The notes beneath the pieces were generated by a model. That model saw only the letters and a program-made list of their open reading frames with translations. It did not search any database and was not told the DNA's origin. This document shows, in pieces, positions 85,600 to 100,329 of a stretch of 124,000 nt of DNA (within the stretch, counting starts at the first letter, position 1; every line of letters begins with the position of its first letter). The stretch covers positions 25,192,001 through 25,316,000 of the forward strand of contig OX597819.1 of assembly GCA_951406725.2 (NCBI GenBank). Direction: 5' to 3'. Source of the DNA: Octopus vulgaris. Lineage: Eukaryota. The position numbers and the translations under genes were made by a program.

Positions 85600-87055
85600 C
85601 TTTCCTTTTCAAGTGGGACTTAAAAAAGTCGATGAGGGCTCCGCCGAAGTGGAAAGTGTCTGTCTACAGTCCTTTCAGCCTCGTCTACCACACTACCTCT
85701 TTCGTTATAGCCACTAGGCAGAGGAAAATTGCCTTTCTCTCCCGGCCAAAAGAAGGCGGCGCGGCGATACTCCCAATGGATTCAGTTGACAACCGGATCC
85801 ATCCTACACGTGACAACAGCTGTTCGACAAAGCTCCACAAGTCAGTAACGCACGGACACTGGACGAGTGCATGCAGGACGGTTTCATCGCCCTACGTACA
85901 TCTCGGACAGGTCCATCTGAAAGCACTTCCATGTCTATAGAGCTTTCTCGAACCGGTAGAGCTCTCCGGTAGTATTGCCAGGCCAGTGATTTCTGGAACT
86001 TATCCATAGGCCCTGGCCCTAAAGTCCTCTGGAAAAGACCAGTCAATTGATCCCTCTCGACACCCAGAATTTCCCCGAATACATCGTCACTCTTTCCCTC
86101 TACTAATCCCCTATAGAACTCTATAGTAGAACTTCTACTGATCGCGTTGCTCGACTGGCAGAAGGCTGTGAGCGCTGGCCGACACTCTAGTTGCTAAGCG
86201 CCCTTTCTTGATCTGCGCTTGAACCAGGACTGCAACTCCGTCAGTGAGACGAGCTGCAGAAAGTCCCGTTTGACGAACGGCAACGGTACTTGCTCACCGT
86301 TAAGGAAACGCTGGAGATGACCAAGCCTCAGCGCATGTCTGCATATCCTTAGCCATGGCATGCCCAGTGCTCCACTTAACGGCTGTTGACAGCAGATGGA
86401 CCGCCTGACGAGCGGAACATGTCCCTTCCATAGGAAGTGGAGGAGCAAGCGCTCCAACTTTATCAGGCACGAAGTGGTGTAAAGGACGACGGTCAGGTGG
86501 TAGAAGATGACGGAAGCGATGTACGCATTCGCCACCTCCACTCGTCCTTTCAGGGACAGGCTCCTCTCTGCCCATTTCTGGGTGAGATTGGCTACCTCCA
86601 CCTAGTTCTAGTCCACCTCCAGGTGGACTAGAACAAATTCGCCGGGAAGGACGCGTTCAGCTTCCAATATCCTGGGCCCCGTCTATGGATCCGACGACTT
86701 TGAAATGTGGATAACTTATACTACTTCTATCTACATCTGGAAATCCTCTTTAGGCTTGCCCATGTTCACATTGGCTCATTTGGGAAATCCGGTGGGTACC
86801 TGTTAGCCAACTGGAAGTGACTGATCAGGCTGGCGAAGCTTTTACTCCCCCTCTCAGCTAATTCCACTCTATACAGGCGTGCGCCAAGATGGCGTTCCAG
86901 TCATTCACTAACATTAAAGAGCGTGATGTCCCAAGAGAAACCTCCAAACGTCTGAAGAAATCTGGCTGCCCCACCCCGTGGGACGTAAACAGCGACTAGT
87001 CTAAAGGCATCACATTCACTGTCGCTCACGTCCAGGACCACCAACTTACTCCCCA
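85600..87055 (-). mobile_element. Tx1/L1-like LINE derivative lacking RT
   Basis: Endonuclease piece (FRLVAVYVP...LVNDWNAIL) near 86850-87050 joins post-RT text (KWAERSLSLKGRVEVANAYIAS...) and a CPRC..ET.LHAL zinc finger. Confidence 0.8.
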
Positions 87056-87589
87056 GGTCCAGGAACTTTGGAGGCAGGGGGTTCGTAGATTACATCGACC
87101 GCAATAAGGATGAAAAACAAAGTCGACCTTGGCGGCATTTGAACCTTCGTTCTTTCGGGCGTAAAAATAAAAATAAAAATAAAAATAAATTTTATATATG
87201 GAGCGGGGGCTAGTCAATTATATCGGTTTCAGTGTTCGACTGGTAATTATTTTATCGACCCTGAAAGGGTTGAAACAAAAATCGACGTCCGCGGATTTGG
87301 AACTCAGTACTTAAAGACGGACGAAATGCCGCTTAGCATTTTATTTTGCCAGCTCGCCGCCTTTTTGCACGAGGCCAGCAATTTTGGGGGAAGTGTTAAG
87401 TCGGTTACATCGATCCTAGTATACAACTAGTACTTATTTTATTGATGAAAAACAAAGTTGACCTCGACAGAATTTGAACTCAGAACATAGAGACGGACGA
87501 AATGACGCTAAGCATTTTTCTCGGCGTGCCAACGATTCTGCCAGCTCGCCGCTCTCAAGGAAATAAAAATAAGAATGATTGTGTGTATA

Positions 87590-87640
87590 TATGACATACA
87601 TACATACATGCATACATGCATACATACATACATACATACA

Positions 87641-87674
<34 letters not shown>

Positions 87675-88057
87675 CATACATCCATCCATCCATACATACA
87701 TCCATACATACATACATACATACATACATACATACATACATACATACATACATACATACAAATATATTTAAGTTCGTATGTATGTATACATGTATGGATA
87801 TATATATGAATATATATGTACATATATATAGAAAAATATATGTATGTATGTATGTATCTATCTATCTATATATGCATATACATACACACATACATATATA
87901 CATACATACATACATCCATACATACATACATACATACGTACGTACCTACGTACATACATACACACAAACATACATTTGCACATACATACATACATACATA
88001 CATGAATACATGCATACATACATCATACATACATACATACATACATACATACATACA

Positions 88058-88091
<34 letters not shown>

Positions 88092-88206
88092 CAGACATAT
88101 ATACAAATATATTTAAGTTCGTATGTATGTATACATGTATGGATATATATATATGAATATATATGTACATATAAATAGAAAAATATATGTATGTATGTAT
88201 GTATCC

Positions 88207-88260
<54 letters not shown>

Positions 88261-88533
88261 ATATATATATCTATCTATCTATATACGCATATACATACAC
88301 ACACATATACATACATACATACATACATACATACATACATACATACATACATACATACGTACGTACGTACCTACCTACCTACCTACCTACGTACATACAT
88401 ACACACAAACATACATTTGCACATACATACATGCATACATGCATACATACATACATACATACATCATACATACATACGTATATACATACATATATACAAA
88501 TATATTTAAGTTCGTATGTATGTATACATGTAT

Positions 88534-88578
<45 letters not shown>

Positions 88579-89120
88579 TATATATGTACATATATATAGA
88601 AAAATATATGTATGTATGTATGTATGTATGTATCTATCTATCTATCTATATACGCATATACATACACACACATACATACATACACACACACATGCATACA
88701 TACATACATACACACACATACATACATACATACATACATATACACATATACACATATATACATACACACATACAAACATACATACATACACACATACATA
88801 CATACACACACATACATACATACATACACACATACATACATACATACATACATACATACATACATACATACATACATACATACATACATCCATCCATCCA
88901 TCCATCCATCCATCCATCCATACATACATACCTACATACATACATACATACACACTTGCATACATACATACATACATACATACATACACACACACATACA
89001 TACATACATACATACATACATACATACACAGATACATCCATCCATCCATCCATCCATCCATCCATCCATCCATACATACATACATACATACATACATTCA
89101 TACATACATACATACATGTA
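87590..89120. repeat. (TACA)n/(TCCA)n/(TCTA)n compound tract with a three-copy tandem duplication
   Basis: Anchor ACAAATATATTTAAGTTCGTATG at about 87759, 88103, 88496. Confidence 0.9.
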
Positions 89121-89508
89121 TAATCCAACAATAATAGACGTCACTCATAAGCAAGTATGCTTTGGTACTATGGTCTGTCTCTCTAAATGTCTTAAGGCCC
89201 AAATGTAGTCACGAATAGAAATATTCTTATTACCCTTGACCTAGCGGAACATCAAGGAGGCGTAGAGGCGGCGAGCTGGCAGAAACGTTAGCACACCGGG
89301 CGAAATGCTTTGCGGTATTGCGTCTGTCGTTGCGTTCTGAGTTCAAATTCCGCCGAGGTCGACTTTGCCTTTCATCCTTTCGGGGTCGATAAATTAAGTA
89401 CCAGTTACGCACTGGGGTCGATATAATCGACTTAATCCGTTTGTCTGTCCTTGTTTGTCCCTTCTATGTTTAGCCCCTTGTGGGCAATAAAGAAACAGAT
89501 AATACATA

Positions 89509-89554
<46 letters not shown>

Positions 89555-90497
89555 CTCTCTCTCTCTCTCTCTCTCTCACAGAATGAAGCTCGATATTATA
89601 TGTCTATCACCGAACTCATATATCAATACCTTTCTGGCACGTCCGTTTATTAGTATTTCTTTATCTTCCGTATATATTTGCTTCTTTTGTATTTCCTCAG
89701 TTATTAATCTTTGCTTTTCCTCTTTTCATTGCGAAATAGTAAAATACTTTAAAAACGAATGATGCAGTCTTGAGATGAAATATTTCTTAATTTCTTTCTG
89801 TTTGCAACAGTGTTGGCATTTTGCCCTTTGTATATTCGTCGTCGCTTTACGCCTACATATTCCTGCGGCTCATATTATTAATGTTTGTGTGCTTCAACCT
89901 TAACATTTTAGATGTCTCTACGTCTATACCTTTATCGTTAACACATTTGAAAGATGTATCTTCAATTGATAAGTGTGAAATATTTATAAGTAGGCACATT
90001 TTCTGTCTGGACAATTTGCCTTTATCGCTCTATAAAAATTTGCCACAAAATTTATGTGCGTTTGTCATTTTCAGACTCCCTCATTGTATAATATACCTTG
90101 TATCTTCTCCGCCAATTTTGTAGAATTGCAAGAAAGAGTTCCCAAAGCACAGAACTGTCATCTCTCTTGTGTTTGTTGATATATTTCCGTTTTATTTAAC
90201 TTGAAAAGAATGTGACAAACAAACTCTTTGTTATACTTTTGTGGTCTCAAGACAACCATGGCCTTACTTTTATTATAGCATTTAAGAAAGTACCTTGGAG
90301 TGAGAGAGAGGGAGAGAGGGAGACAGAAAGAGAGAGAGAGAAAGAAAGAGAGAGAGAAAGAGAAAGCAGGAGAGTGAGGAAGAGAGAGAGAGAGAGAGAG
90401 AGAGGAAGAGAGACACTGGTTTTCTGGTATCATCGACCAATAAATAATATCTGAACTTAAATATTTGTGGTGTTTCAACTGTTATTATCCCTGCAGC

Positions 90498-90538
<41 letters not shown>

Positions 90539-90556
90539 TATTATTATTATTATTTA

Positions 90557-90587
<31 letters not shown>

Positions 90588-90849
90588 AATTATTATTATT
90601 ATTATTATTAATATTATTATTATTGTTGTTGTTGTTGTTGTTGTTGTTGTTATTGTTGTCATTGTTGTTATTGTTGTTGTTGTTGTTGTTGTTGTTATTG
90701 TTGTCATTGTTGTTATTGTTGTTGTTGTTGCTGTTCGTCAATCGATACGTGTTGCTCATCGCCGCGTAAGTTTTGCTATTATTTATATTGTTATACATTG
90801 TTTTACATTGTACATTTGTTACTGTTACTTAGTTAAACAAACCAGGGTC

Positions 90850-93800
90850 TTGGAGAACTGGTTAGTTCTTTCCCATTTAGGAGCTATTTTTTTTGTTGCT
90901 AAAATCAAAGATGGCGAACAAAAACCGTCCATCCGCTGAAAATAACAGCGGGGTATCCGCAAGACAGAAGTGCCGAGTTGAACAAGACAGCGACTGTTTA
91001 GCAACAACAACAAGATTAACGCACGTGGAACGTATGAAAATGAATTCCCCTTACTTCTTTCTTCCCTTTTACCACCGCAGAAACAAGAGAAGAAAATCAC
91101 TAAAACATCAACAACACAAGCGAAAACACTTCCAACGCCACCGCTACCACCGTTGCCAGCAGCAGCAGCAGTAATAGTAGTGGTAGCAATATCAACAATA
91201 CGAGAGACAGTTAGGGCAGCAGCAACAGCGCTGGTAACAACAACAACAACAACAGCGATAGCAAAGGTAACAACAGCGATAGCAAAGTTATCAACAACGC
91301 CAATAACACCAGCCAAAACAATTACAACAACAGCAGCAGAAGTAGTAGGAGCTGCAGCAGCAACAACAGCAACGACAGCAACAACAACAATGCCCACGTT
91401 ACCAGCAACAACAAAAACACTTTCGCAGCGGCAGTAGCCAAAATGAGACCACAATTCAGCCTAGGTCTCACAAACAAAGATGAAATGTTTGCTCAAGTCT
91501 GGAAACTCACCAAACAAGAGCTAACCTGGGCAAATCTAACTATTCCGGCAGGAGCCATCGAAGAAGTGGAGAGAAGGGCAGTATATTTCATATGCATCTT
91601 AGGACAGAAGAAAAAAGTGGCTTTAATAGCACAAGCAGATATTGAAGCTGCGCTGAGATGTATCAGGAATGACACCGAATACATAGCGAGAAGCTGACAA
91701 TACGACACCGTTTCTATTCTTTTGTAAGTCAGAAGCCCTCGCTATGAAGCACTCAATGACTCCTTGCAAAACCATCTAGATCATAATGGGAAAAAGAACA
91801 GCTCGTGTCGCATTCCCAGGATTCCACCAGAACTTGATAAGTGGTGGGTTCTGGGATGCTTAATCGAGCAAGGGTCAGATACTGTCCCAATGGAGGTGAC
91901 AAAAACTGCCAGGTAGGACTAGTTTGGGGTTGACCTGGAGATACTTCTCCAGATCGGACCAGAAAACGCAAAAAAATCTTGGAGGGTAATACACATAATG
92001 ACTGAAGGCAAAAGATCACATTGTTTCGTTTGTGGAGAAACAACCCATTTTCGAGCTTCTGCCATCAAGTGATAAAAGGTGCAAGGGATTGAAGGTCTCC
92101 ACTGCTGCCTACGCCGAGGTAAAGACCACAACCAGCACCAGCACCCCGATCGTGAAACCTATATCGAAACTTTTAAAGTGGTTCCCCCACCACTAATTAC
92201 GGAAGTCGAACCACCCGAACTTAACGAGACACTGGAAGGTGAGTAAACCTTTCTTCTCTCTTTTTAGCTTGCGAACATGACCATATTAAGAGTAGGAAAT
92301 TTAAATGTTCGACGACTATCAGATCTTTGCATCTGTTAGTCTGCCGAGAATGGGAAATGGGGTGGCAGTGCTGTTAAGGAATGATCTGGATCTCGCGATA
92401 AGGTCGATCTTCGGGACCTTTGACGGTAAATTGGTGGACCTGGACTTGAGCAATAGTGAAGGTGGTGCCTTCAGACTGGTGGCCGTATACGCCCCTACCG
92501 GTGCCAAACGGCCGAATTTCTTTAGGCGTTTCGACGCTTTTCTGGGTACGTCTCACCCTTCACTGTTAGTGGGAGACTGGGACCGTATCTTAGACGCACG
92601 CTGGGATTGTGTGGAAATAGCTGATAGAAGCATGGGGTACAAAAGTCTCAAGTACCTGATCAGCCAGTTCCAGCTGTCTGACAAGTACCGACGAGATTTC
92701 CGTAATGCGCCAGTGTGGACCTGCACCAACCGTATCGGGTCATCTAGATCGTTTATAGTCAGGATTTTCAGTAGGAAAATAACCAGTGACTGTGTAAAAT
92801 GTTCCCATTTTAAAACGGTCGTCTATTCAGATCCAGAGTTTGTAATCTGTACGATAGGCCTAGATAAGACGCGTAGGTAAGGACCCGGTTACTGGAAGCT
92901 GAACATGTCGTTTCTGCTACGTAAGGCGTACTGGGACCGGGTCAACAATTTAGTTAAGCAAAAGTTGACAGGGGTGGGGATTGCCAACAACAAGTGGTGG
93001 GGCCTCTCAAAAGAGAGATTGAAGTAATATCGATAGGGTTTAGCAAAGAAGTGGCGTTAGAAAAATAGAAAGGGAGATGAGCTAGTAGCTAAGTTAGACG
93101 AGGCTATTTGTAGTAGCATTGCAACCAACCTGCTAGCAGCGAGAATGGCATTAGACTATTTCTTCAATGTGAAACAGGAAGTTTGCGTTGTCAGAGCTAA
93201 GGCGCGTGATCTGAGAAACGAGGGTACAAAAGCTGTTCGATGGACCCAGGTGGCAGAGGCACAGCGTGGTAAAACAACAATTCGGTTTTTGACGAACCGA
93301 GAGTGATACGGGCTGAGCGATTCCTGGCAGATGTGTGAGGCCTTACATCAGCACTTTGCTCAGTTGTTCGCGAGGAGTAGCGGGTGAGAGATGGTAGCGG
93401 ATTTCAGTCATTACATCGACGGCTTTCCACGCCTCTCGACGGCTTTCCACGCCTCTCGACGGCTTTCCACGCCTCTCGACGGCTTTCCACGCCTCTCGAC
93501 GGCTTTCCACGCCTCTCGACGGCTTTCCACACCTCTAGACGGCCGACGCCGAGCGCTGCGAAAAGCAGATAGTTTCAACCGAAATTCAAGATGCCCTTCA
93601 GGATGCCCTTTTCGGATGGTCTGCCCTATGAGCTTCACGGAAATATGCCAGACTTGTTCAATCTCCTCGAAGCGCTCTACTGCAACTGGCTGCAGAACGG
93701 GTGTGCTCCCAGTTCTGTGAGCAGGGGTGTAGTGACGCTGATAAAGAAAGACGAAAACAAGAGTGGTACACTAGATAACTTCAAGCCCATAACTCTGCTA

Positions 93801-94257
93801 AACACAGAGTTTAAAATTTTGGCGAAGGTGTTAGCGAAGTGGTTGGCGCTTGTCGTCAACGATTTGGTTGGGGAGGCGCAAATCTGTGCAATCCCGACCA
93901 AGTCCATTCGCGACAACCTCCATCTAATGCGATACATCATAGAAAGGGTAAGGTGTAAACCTGGGGCTCTGATCAATTTAGATACATCGAAAGCATTCGA
94001 TAGAGTCGACCATCTGTACCTGTAGGCTGTTATCAAAGCAGTTGGCTTCGGCCCCGTCTTCAGAGGTTGGATCGCTTGCAATGCACAGTGGCATCTGTTC
94101 AGTGGTCAAAGTTAATGGCCACCTCTCGGAGCAGTTTCAGATCTCCGGATCGGTCCGTCAAGGGTGCCCTTACACCTCCTTTCTGTACGTATTGACTCTT
94201 CAGCCTTTATTGCAGAAGCTGGTGCAGCTGCAAGGCATTCCGCTCGAACCTGGTCGC
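90850..94257 (+). mobile_element. Tx1/L1-like non-LTR retrotransposon, degenerate, 3'-truncated
   Basis: ORF1 from ATG 90911 with CFVCGETTH knuckle; ORF2 IRVGNLNV, FRLVAVYAP, LLVGDW, YWKLN, PITLLNTEFKILAKVLA, LDTSKAFDRVDH, SVRQGCP; many stops. Confidence 0.9.
93415..93545. repeat. 20-bp tandem repeat (~6 copies) inside the Tx1-like ORF2
   Basis: Unit CGACGGCTTTCCACGCCTCT. Confidence 0.92.
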
Positions 94258-94680
94258 AGAAGATCTGGCATTTCAAGGCAGTTACAATACCAGTGATTAT
94301 AGGAGCACTTGGAATGATAAAAAAATAAAGGAACTGAAAATTATTTGAGGATAATCCCTGGCTCATCGTCTATGCAGAACGTGCAAAAGATTATCGTAAC
94401 TGGTACGTCACACGTGTTAAGAAGAGCAGTCCCACTGTGAATTTTCTTTCCTTTATTTCTTCTTCATTTTCTTTGTTTTCATTTTTTTCATTGTTTCTTC
94501 CCATCTTTTTCTCTCTGTCTTTCTTTCCCTTTTTTTATCTGTCACATGACTTTGTAAAAATAAAACGATCTGGTGTCCTTATTTTAATGGCTTATCAATG
94601 TATACAGGGAATGTCTTTGTCCTAGGTGTCGGGAAGACATTTGACAAGAAATGGAAACAAAATTGAAAGAAGTGGATAAT
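94258..94680 (+). mobile_element. R4/Dong 3' fragment (subfamily 2)
   Basis: IWHFKAVTIPVIIGALGMIKK...TGTSHVLRRA plus a 3' UTR homologous to 99300-99420. Confidence 0.82.
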
Positions 94681-94893
94681 GACAATGATTTCAAATTTTT
94701 GCACAAGGCCAGCAATTTTGGGAGAGGGGATAAGTCGATATCATCAACCTCAGCATTCATCAGGTACTTATTTTATCACCCCGAAACGATGAAAAGCAAA
94801 GTCGACGGAATTGGAATTCAGAATGTAAAGACGGAATAAATGCCGCTAAGCCTTTTGTCCGGTGTGCTGACGATTCTGCTAGCTCACCGCCTT

Positions 94894-94938
<45 letters not shown>

Positions 94939-95212
94939 AATAATAATAATAACAACAATAATAATAATAATAATAATGATAATAATAATAATAATCCTTT
95001 CTACTGGAGGTGCAAGGCCTGAAATTTGTGGGATGGGGACTAGTCGATTATATCGACCTCAGTGTTTCACTGGTACTTAATTTGTCAACACAGAATGGGT
95101 GAAAGGCAAAGTCGACCTCGGCGTAGCGACGGGCGAAATACCACTAAGCAATTCGTCTAGCGCTCTAACGATTTTGCCAGCTCGCCGCTTTAATAATAAT
95201 AATAATAATAAC

Positions 95213-95268
<56 letters not shown>

Positions 95269-95330
95269 TAACAATAATGATGATGATGATGATGATAATA
95301 ATAATAACAATAATGATGATGATGATGATG

Positions 95331-95430
<100 letters not shown>

Positions 95431-95445
95431 CAACAACAATAATAA

Positions 95446-98400
95446 GCCGACTACGGCTGCTATAATGGTACGATTATAATTGTAACGGCAATGATGGCCG
95501 TCTCCCCACGAGCCAATCAAAGCTAAAAAATGATAACATTATCGTAGCACCAAAATGTTTTTGGAAACTAAAAGGAAAACTAAATCAGTATACCAAATCG
95601 CTTGTCCTATGGTTAATCTGGAAGCGCGTCCTCCAGGGAAGAGCCAGCCTGGGATCGAAAAGTCATCAACTGGCACAAACTCTTCTCCGAATACGGACAT
95701 GGATGGTCACTTGAACGGGAAATCCCCCAAATCGAGCCCTCCAAGTTCACCACCACAACCACCACAGAAAGAAAAATGTAAGCGGAACAAATGGACCCGA
95801 GAAGAGTATAAAGAAGTAATATACGCTTATTACTATGCATTAGGTAGGCCATCTCAAGAGAGACACACCGCAAACTCTTACAGTATATGGAGAACACGGA
95901 ATCAAGACAGTAGGCCCTATTTGGACGAGAACAAATTAGCAAATGTGAGGAGGGATATCTTTAGAAATAACAGACTCACAGACAGTGAAATAAGCGCGAT
96001 CAAGCACGCAACGGAAAATGACATAAATATAAGACACAAAGGAAATGAAGAAGCAAATGAACAGTATAGCCCACCACGAGGCTTAATTGAAAGACTGCCA
96101 TCTGACCAAAGTACGCAAAGGCCTGAAGATACAAGAAATTCTATTGTACCTGTTAAAGATAGCCAGGAAAACGAAAGAACAACAGTAACTGAAGATCTCG
96201 CATTTGCTGAAGAACACAGAGAGTCTATAGCAGAAATGAGGCAGAAAATCCTGAATACGCTTGAAGTTGTAAGACATACAAGTATGAATGATAGAGAACC
96301 GCTTCATAAACTCTCAAATACAAACCAAAATAAAAAACAAATCCAAATTGGCAACTATGTAACAAATGAAATAATACGAGAATTAAAACCTGATTTTACT
96401 GAGTTAAATGAAATTATTTACGCTTCTGCTAGGGCAATTGAAACCAGCTGTATGCCCCCGAAAAAACAAAGAAAACAAAACCTGGGAAGAAATCAAACTT
96501 GGAGAAGTAAAATTGAAAAAGAGATTGAATTTATGAGAGGGGAAATATCAATATTAAATGAACTAATATGTGGAAATGATGTAAGATCCAGAACAGGAAG
96601 AAAGATGAAGAGAAAATTTGGATCCTCACCAAGAGAAGAACTGATATCAATAAAAGAAACGCTGAAACAAAAAGTCCAAGCAAAAGCCCAAAGAATACGA
96701 AGATTTGAGAAGAGAAACAAGTTTTACAAGCAAAATAAGCTGTTCACATCCAATGCCAAAAAATTCTACAGAGAAATAGGGAAGGAGAAAGTAACCGTTA
96801 AAGACCCCCCTCCCATGGAAGAAGTTCAAAACTTTTGGAAAAGGATTCGGAGTGACAAGAAGACGTACAACATAAATGCAGACTGGATTATACAAACTGA
96901 AGGATCCTACCAAAATTTATAACAACAAGCATGGGAAGACATCACAATAGCAGACCTAAGAAAGGCACTCACGAAGGCCCATAATTGGAAATCCCCGGTA
97001 AAGATAGGGTGCCGAATTTCTGGCTCGCATCGCTCCCGTGCGCACACGGTAAGCTAGTTCAGCTGCTCAATGGAATTATGAGAGACCCAAAGAAAACACC
97101 TGAATGGTTAGCAAGTGGCATTACTTACCTACTCCCAAAGAATAACGAAACCAACCTTCCAAAAAACTATCGGCCTATAACCTGTCTATCCACCACGTAT
97201 AAAATCCTAACATCTATCCTGGCGGAGAAAACATATGCATTCATGGAGAAGAACGATATTTTCCCCATTGAACAAAAAGGGTGCCGCCGAGGCTCTTACG
97301 GATGCAAAGATCAACTGCTAATCAATCGTATGATCCTTGAGAACTGTCACAACAAGCGCAGAAATCTCAGCACCGCATGGATTGACTATAAAAAGGCCTT
97401 CGACAGTATACCGCATCCATGGATCTTGAGATCGCTGGACATCTTCAAAATTTCCCCTGTGATTTCAAACTTCCTGAAGCACAATATGTCGTTGTGGAAT
97501 ACGAATCTCCAATTATACCAATCTAATGGAGTACTTGCCTCAGAAAATATAAACATCAACTCTGGAATTTTTCAAGGTGACTCAATTTCACCTTTAATAT
97601 TCTGCATAGCCCTAATACCCCTTACAAGTGAATTAAACAGAACAGGGTATGGGTATAAAATTGCCAATAAAAAAATAAGCCATCTATTTTATATGGATGA
97701 CTTAAAACTTTATGGTAAAGACAATAATGAACTTGAAGGCCTATTGCGCACCGTGAAATCATTCAGCGATGACATCGGGATGGAGTTTGGACTTGAGAAG
97801 TGTGCCAAGGCCACTTTCCAGAAAGGGAAAGTGAAGACCACAAATTCAGTCGTGTTAGATGTTGACACAGTCATAAGAGAGCTTGAGCAAGAACAAACAT
97901 ACAAATATTTAGGGATAAATGAAGGCTCTGGTATTCAGCATGCAAGCATGAAAGAGAAAATCAGGAAGGAATGTTATAGGAGAGTTCGTGCAGTCCTGAA
98001 ATCTGAACTAAATGCACGTAACAAGGTGTTAGCTATAAATTCCCTAGCAGTTCCAGTTGTTACTTATAGCTACAATGTGTTGAACTGGAATATGAGTGAA
98101 GTAAAGAATATAGATAGAAAAATACGCAAGCTGCTGAGTTGTAATAGGATGCACCACCCAAAGGCAGACGTAGATCGCCTTTACCTTCCCAGAGCCCAAG
98201 GAGGTCGAGGCCTGATCCAATTTGAACTAGCTTACAAAACAACCACAATTGGACTGGCCAAATATCTCGAAATATCGAATGACTGGATGCTAAAGCTCGT
98301 GGAAAATCACGAGAGGCGAAAGAAGCTTCATTCTATCATCAAGGAAAGCAAAAAATTTGCTATTGATCTCGTGCAGGATACCCAAACTGAACAACCCGAG

Positions 98401-99420
98401 GGAAGTACGGCAACTATTGCTGCAAAGAAGGTGAAAATGATGGCAATGAAAAAAGCGCACGAGCAATTGGCTGATAGGTGGGAGGAGAAACCTCTGCACG
98501 GCAAATATGTGACCCGCAGCAAACAAGCTGATGTTGACCAGAAGCAAACCCATCAGTGGCTGCGGAGCTCAGGGCTAAAAGCAGAGAGCGAAGGTTTCAT
98601 CCTGGCTGCTCAAGACCAAAGCCTATCAACCCGGAACTACCAGGCCAATGTGATGAAAAATGGAGCAGACCCAAAATGCCGATTCTGCAACGACATGATT
98701 GAAACAGTGGACCACCTTATCTCTGGATGTAAAGTCTTAGCACCAGTGGAGTATAAATTAAGACATGACAGAGTTGGCCAATATCTCCACTGGCTAATAA
98801 GTCGGCATTACAATATCAAAACTGCCGACAAGTGGTATAATCACCACCCTGAGGCTGTAACTGAAGGAGAAAATGTAACCATTCTGTGGGACTTTCCAGT
98901 ACATACAGACCGAACCATCAAGGCCAATAAACGAGATATTGTTGTGAAAGACCAAAACAATAAAGTTTGCTTATTGATCGACATGAGCATCCCCTGTGAT
99001 CATAATATCTCAGGGAAAGAGTTTGACAAGCTCAGAAAATATAAAGACCTACTCATTGAAATTGAGAAAATGTGGCATCTCAAGGCGGTTACAATACCAG
99101 TGATCGTAGGAGCACTAGGAATGATCAAGAATGGAACCGAAAATTATATGAGAATGATCCCTGGCTTACCATCCCTGCAAGAAGTGCAAAAGATTGTCTT
99201 AACTGGTACATCACACGTATTGAGAAGAGCGTTGTCGATGTGAGAACTGTTGCTGCTCATGCATTTTAATTTAACTTAAAAAAAAAATAAAAAAAAATGA
99301 ACGAACTACTGAGTTTGGTTTAATGGCCTACCAATATACACTATGAGTTTCTTTGCCCCAGGAGTCGGGAAGACACTCGGCAAGAAATGGAAGAAAATTT
99401 GAAAGAAGAAAAAAAAAAGT
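95446..99420 (+). mobile_element. Near-full-length R4/Dong (restriction-like endonuclease) non-LTR retrotransposon in (TAA)n
   Basis: KRNKWTREEYKEVI N-terminus; RT KAFDSIPH, FQGDSISP, HLFYMDDLKLY; CRFC..ETVDHLISGC, RHD, IDMSIP. One in-frame TAA (96920-22), one 1-bp frameshift near 96995, PD motif reads KRD; TAA runs on both sides. Confidence 0.95.
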
Positions 99421-99445
99421 AATAATAATAATAATAATAATAATA

Positions 99446-99732
99446 GAGGTAACTAGAATGTGGAATCTGAAAACAGAAACAATTCCTATCATAGTAGGTG
99501 CATTAGGCATGATAAAAAATATTCAGACAAATACATAACAAAAACACCAGGACTTACAAACACATATAACATACAGAAAATTGCACTACTAGGCACTGCA
99601 CACATCCTACGCAGAACACTTTCCATACAATAACCATCAGAGCATCACAACAAATCACAGCACATACCCAAGGCACACAGAGCTGTGCTCGGTAGTGAAG
99701 TGAAAGCACGCTATAAAAATAAAACTACTGAG
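99446..99732 (+). mobile_element. R4/Dong 3' fragment (subfamily 3)
   Basis: EVTRMWNLKTETIPIIVGALGMIK...QKIALLGTAHILRRTLS*, distinct 3' UTR, TAA-flanked. Confidence 0.85.
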
Positions 99733-100215
99733 TAATAATAATAATAATAATAACAATGATACCAGACTAGCTCACATGGCTGCTGATCTTAACTGATTGG
99801 AAATGTTATCATGTACATTGTTTTGTTTTGGTATAAAAGAGGGCCTACAGCAAATATTCCGCTCAATACCTCAGGTTTGCATGTCAGTTGTTTGACCGTA
99901 ACCAGTTGAGCATGTCCCTTAGTGGCTGACGATATGTGCATCTCTGATCACGAGCAGAAGTAGTGGGGGAGCATCATAGCTGTGTGTTGAAAGGAATTCT
100001 TAGAGGTTTGGATAATTCACCTTTGTAAACATGGGTGGTTCGTTCAACATCCTTGAACAATCCTTATCTTGATATGAGATCACCATATCGCGCACATATG
100101 GTTGTGATGCATGTGCCTAGAGTACCCTTATCAGACGGGTAGTTATGATGTGTATACTAGGCTTCGTATATTTTACCCCAGTGTCAATTTGATGGCATGC
100201 GCTGCTCTCTCACTC

Positions 100216-100247
<32 letters not shown>

Positions 100248-100329
100248 TAATAATAATGGTAATAATAATGATAATAATAATAATAATGATAATAATAATA
100301 ATAATGATGATAATAATAATAATAATAAT

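Noticed and set aside
95446-95554. HDV-like ribozyme in the Dong 5' UTR (GGCT...CGT CTCCCC ACG AGCC)
   Set aside because: Only 4-bp P1, 6-nt L3 and no P1.1 GG; the fold could not be completed by eye. A descriptor search would settle it.
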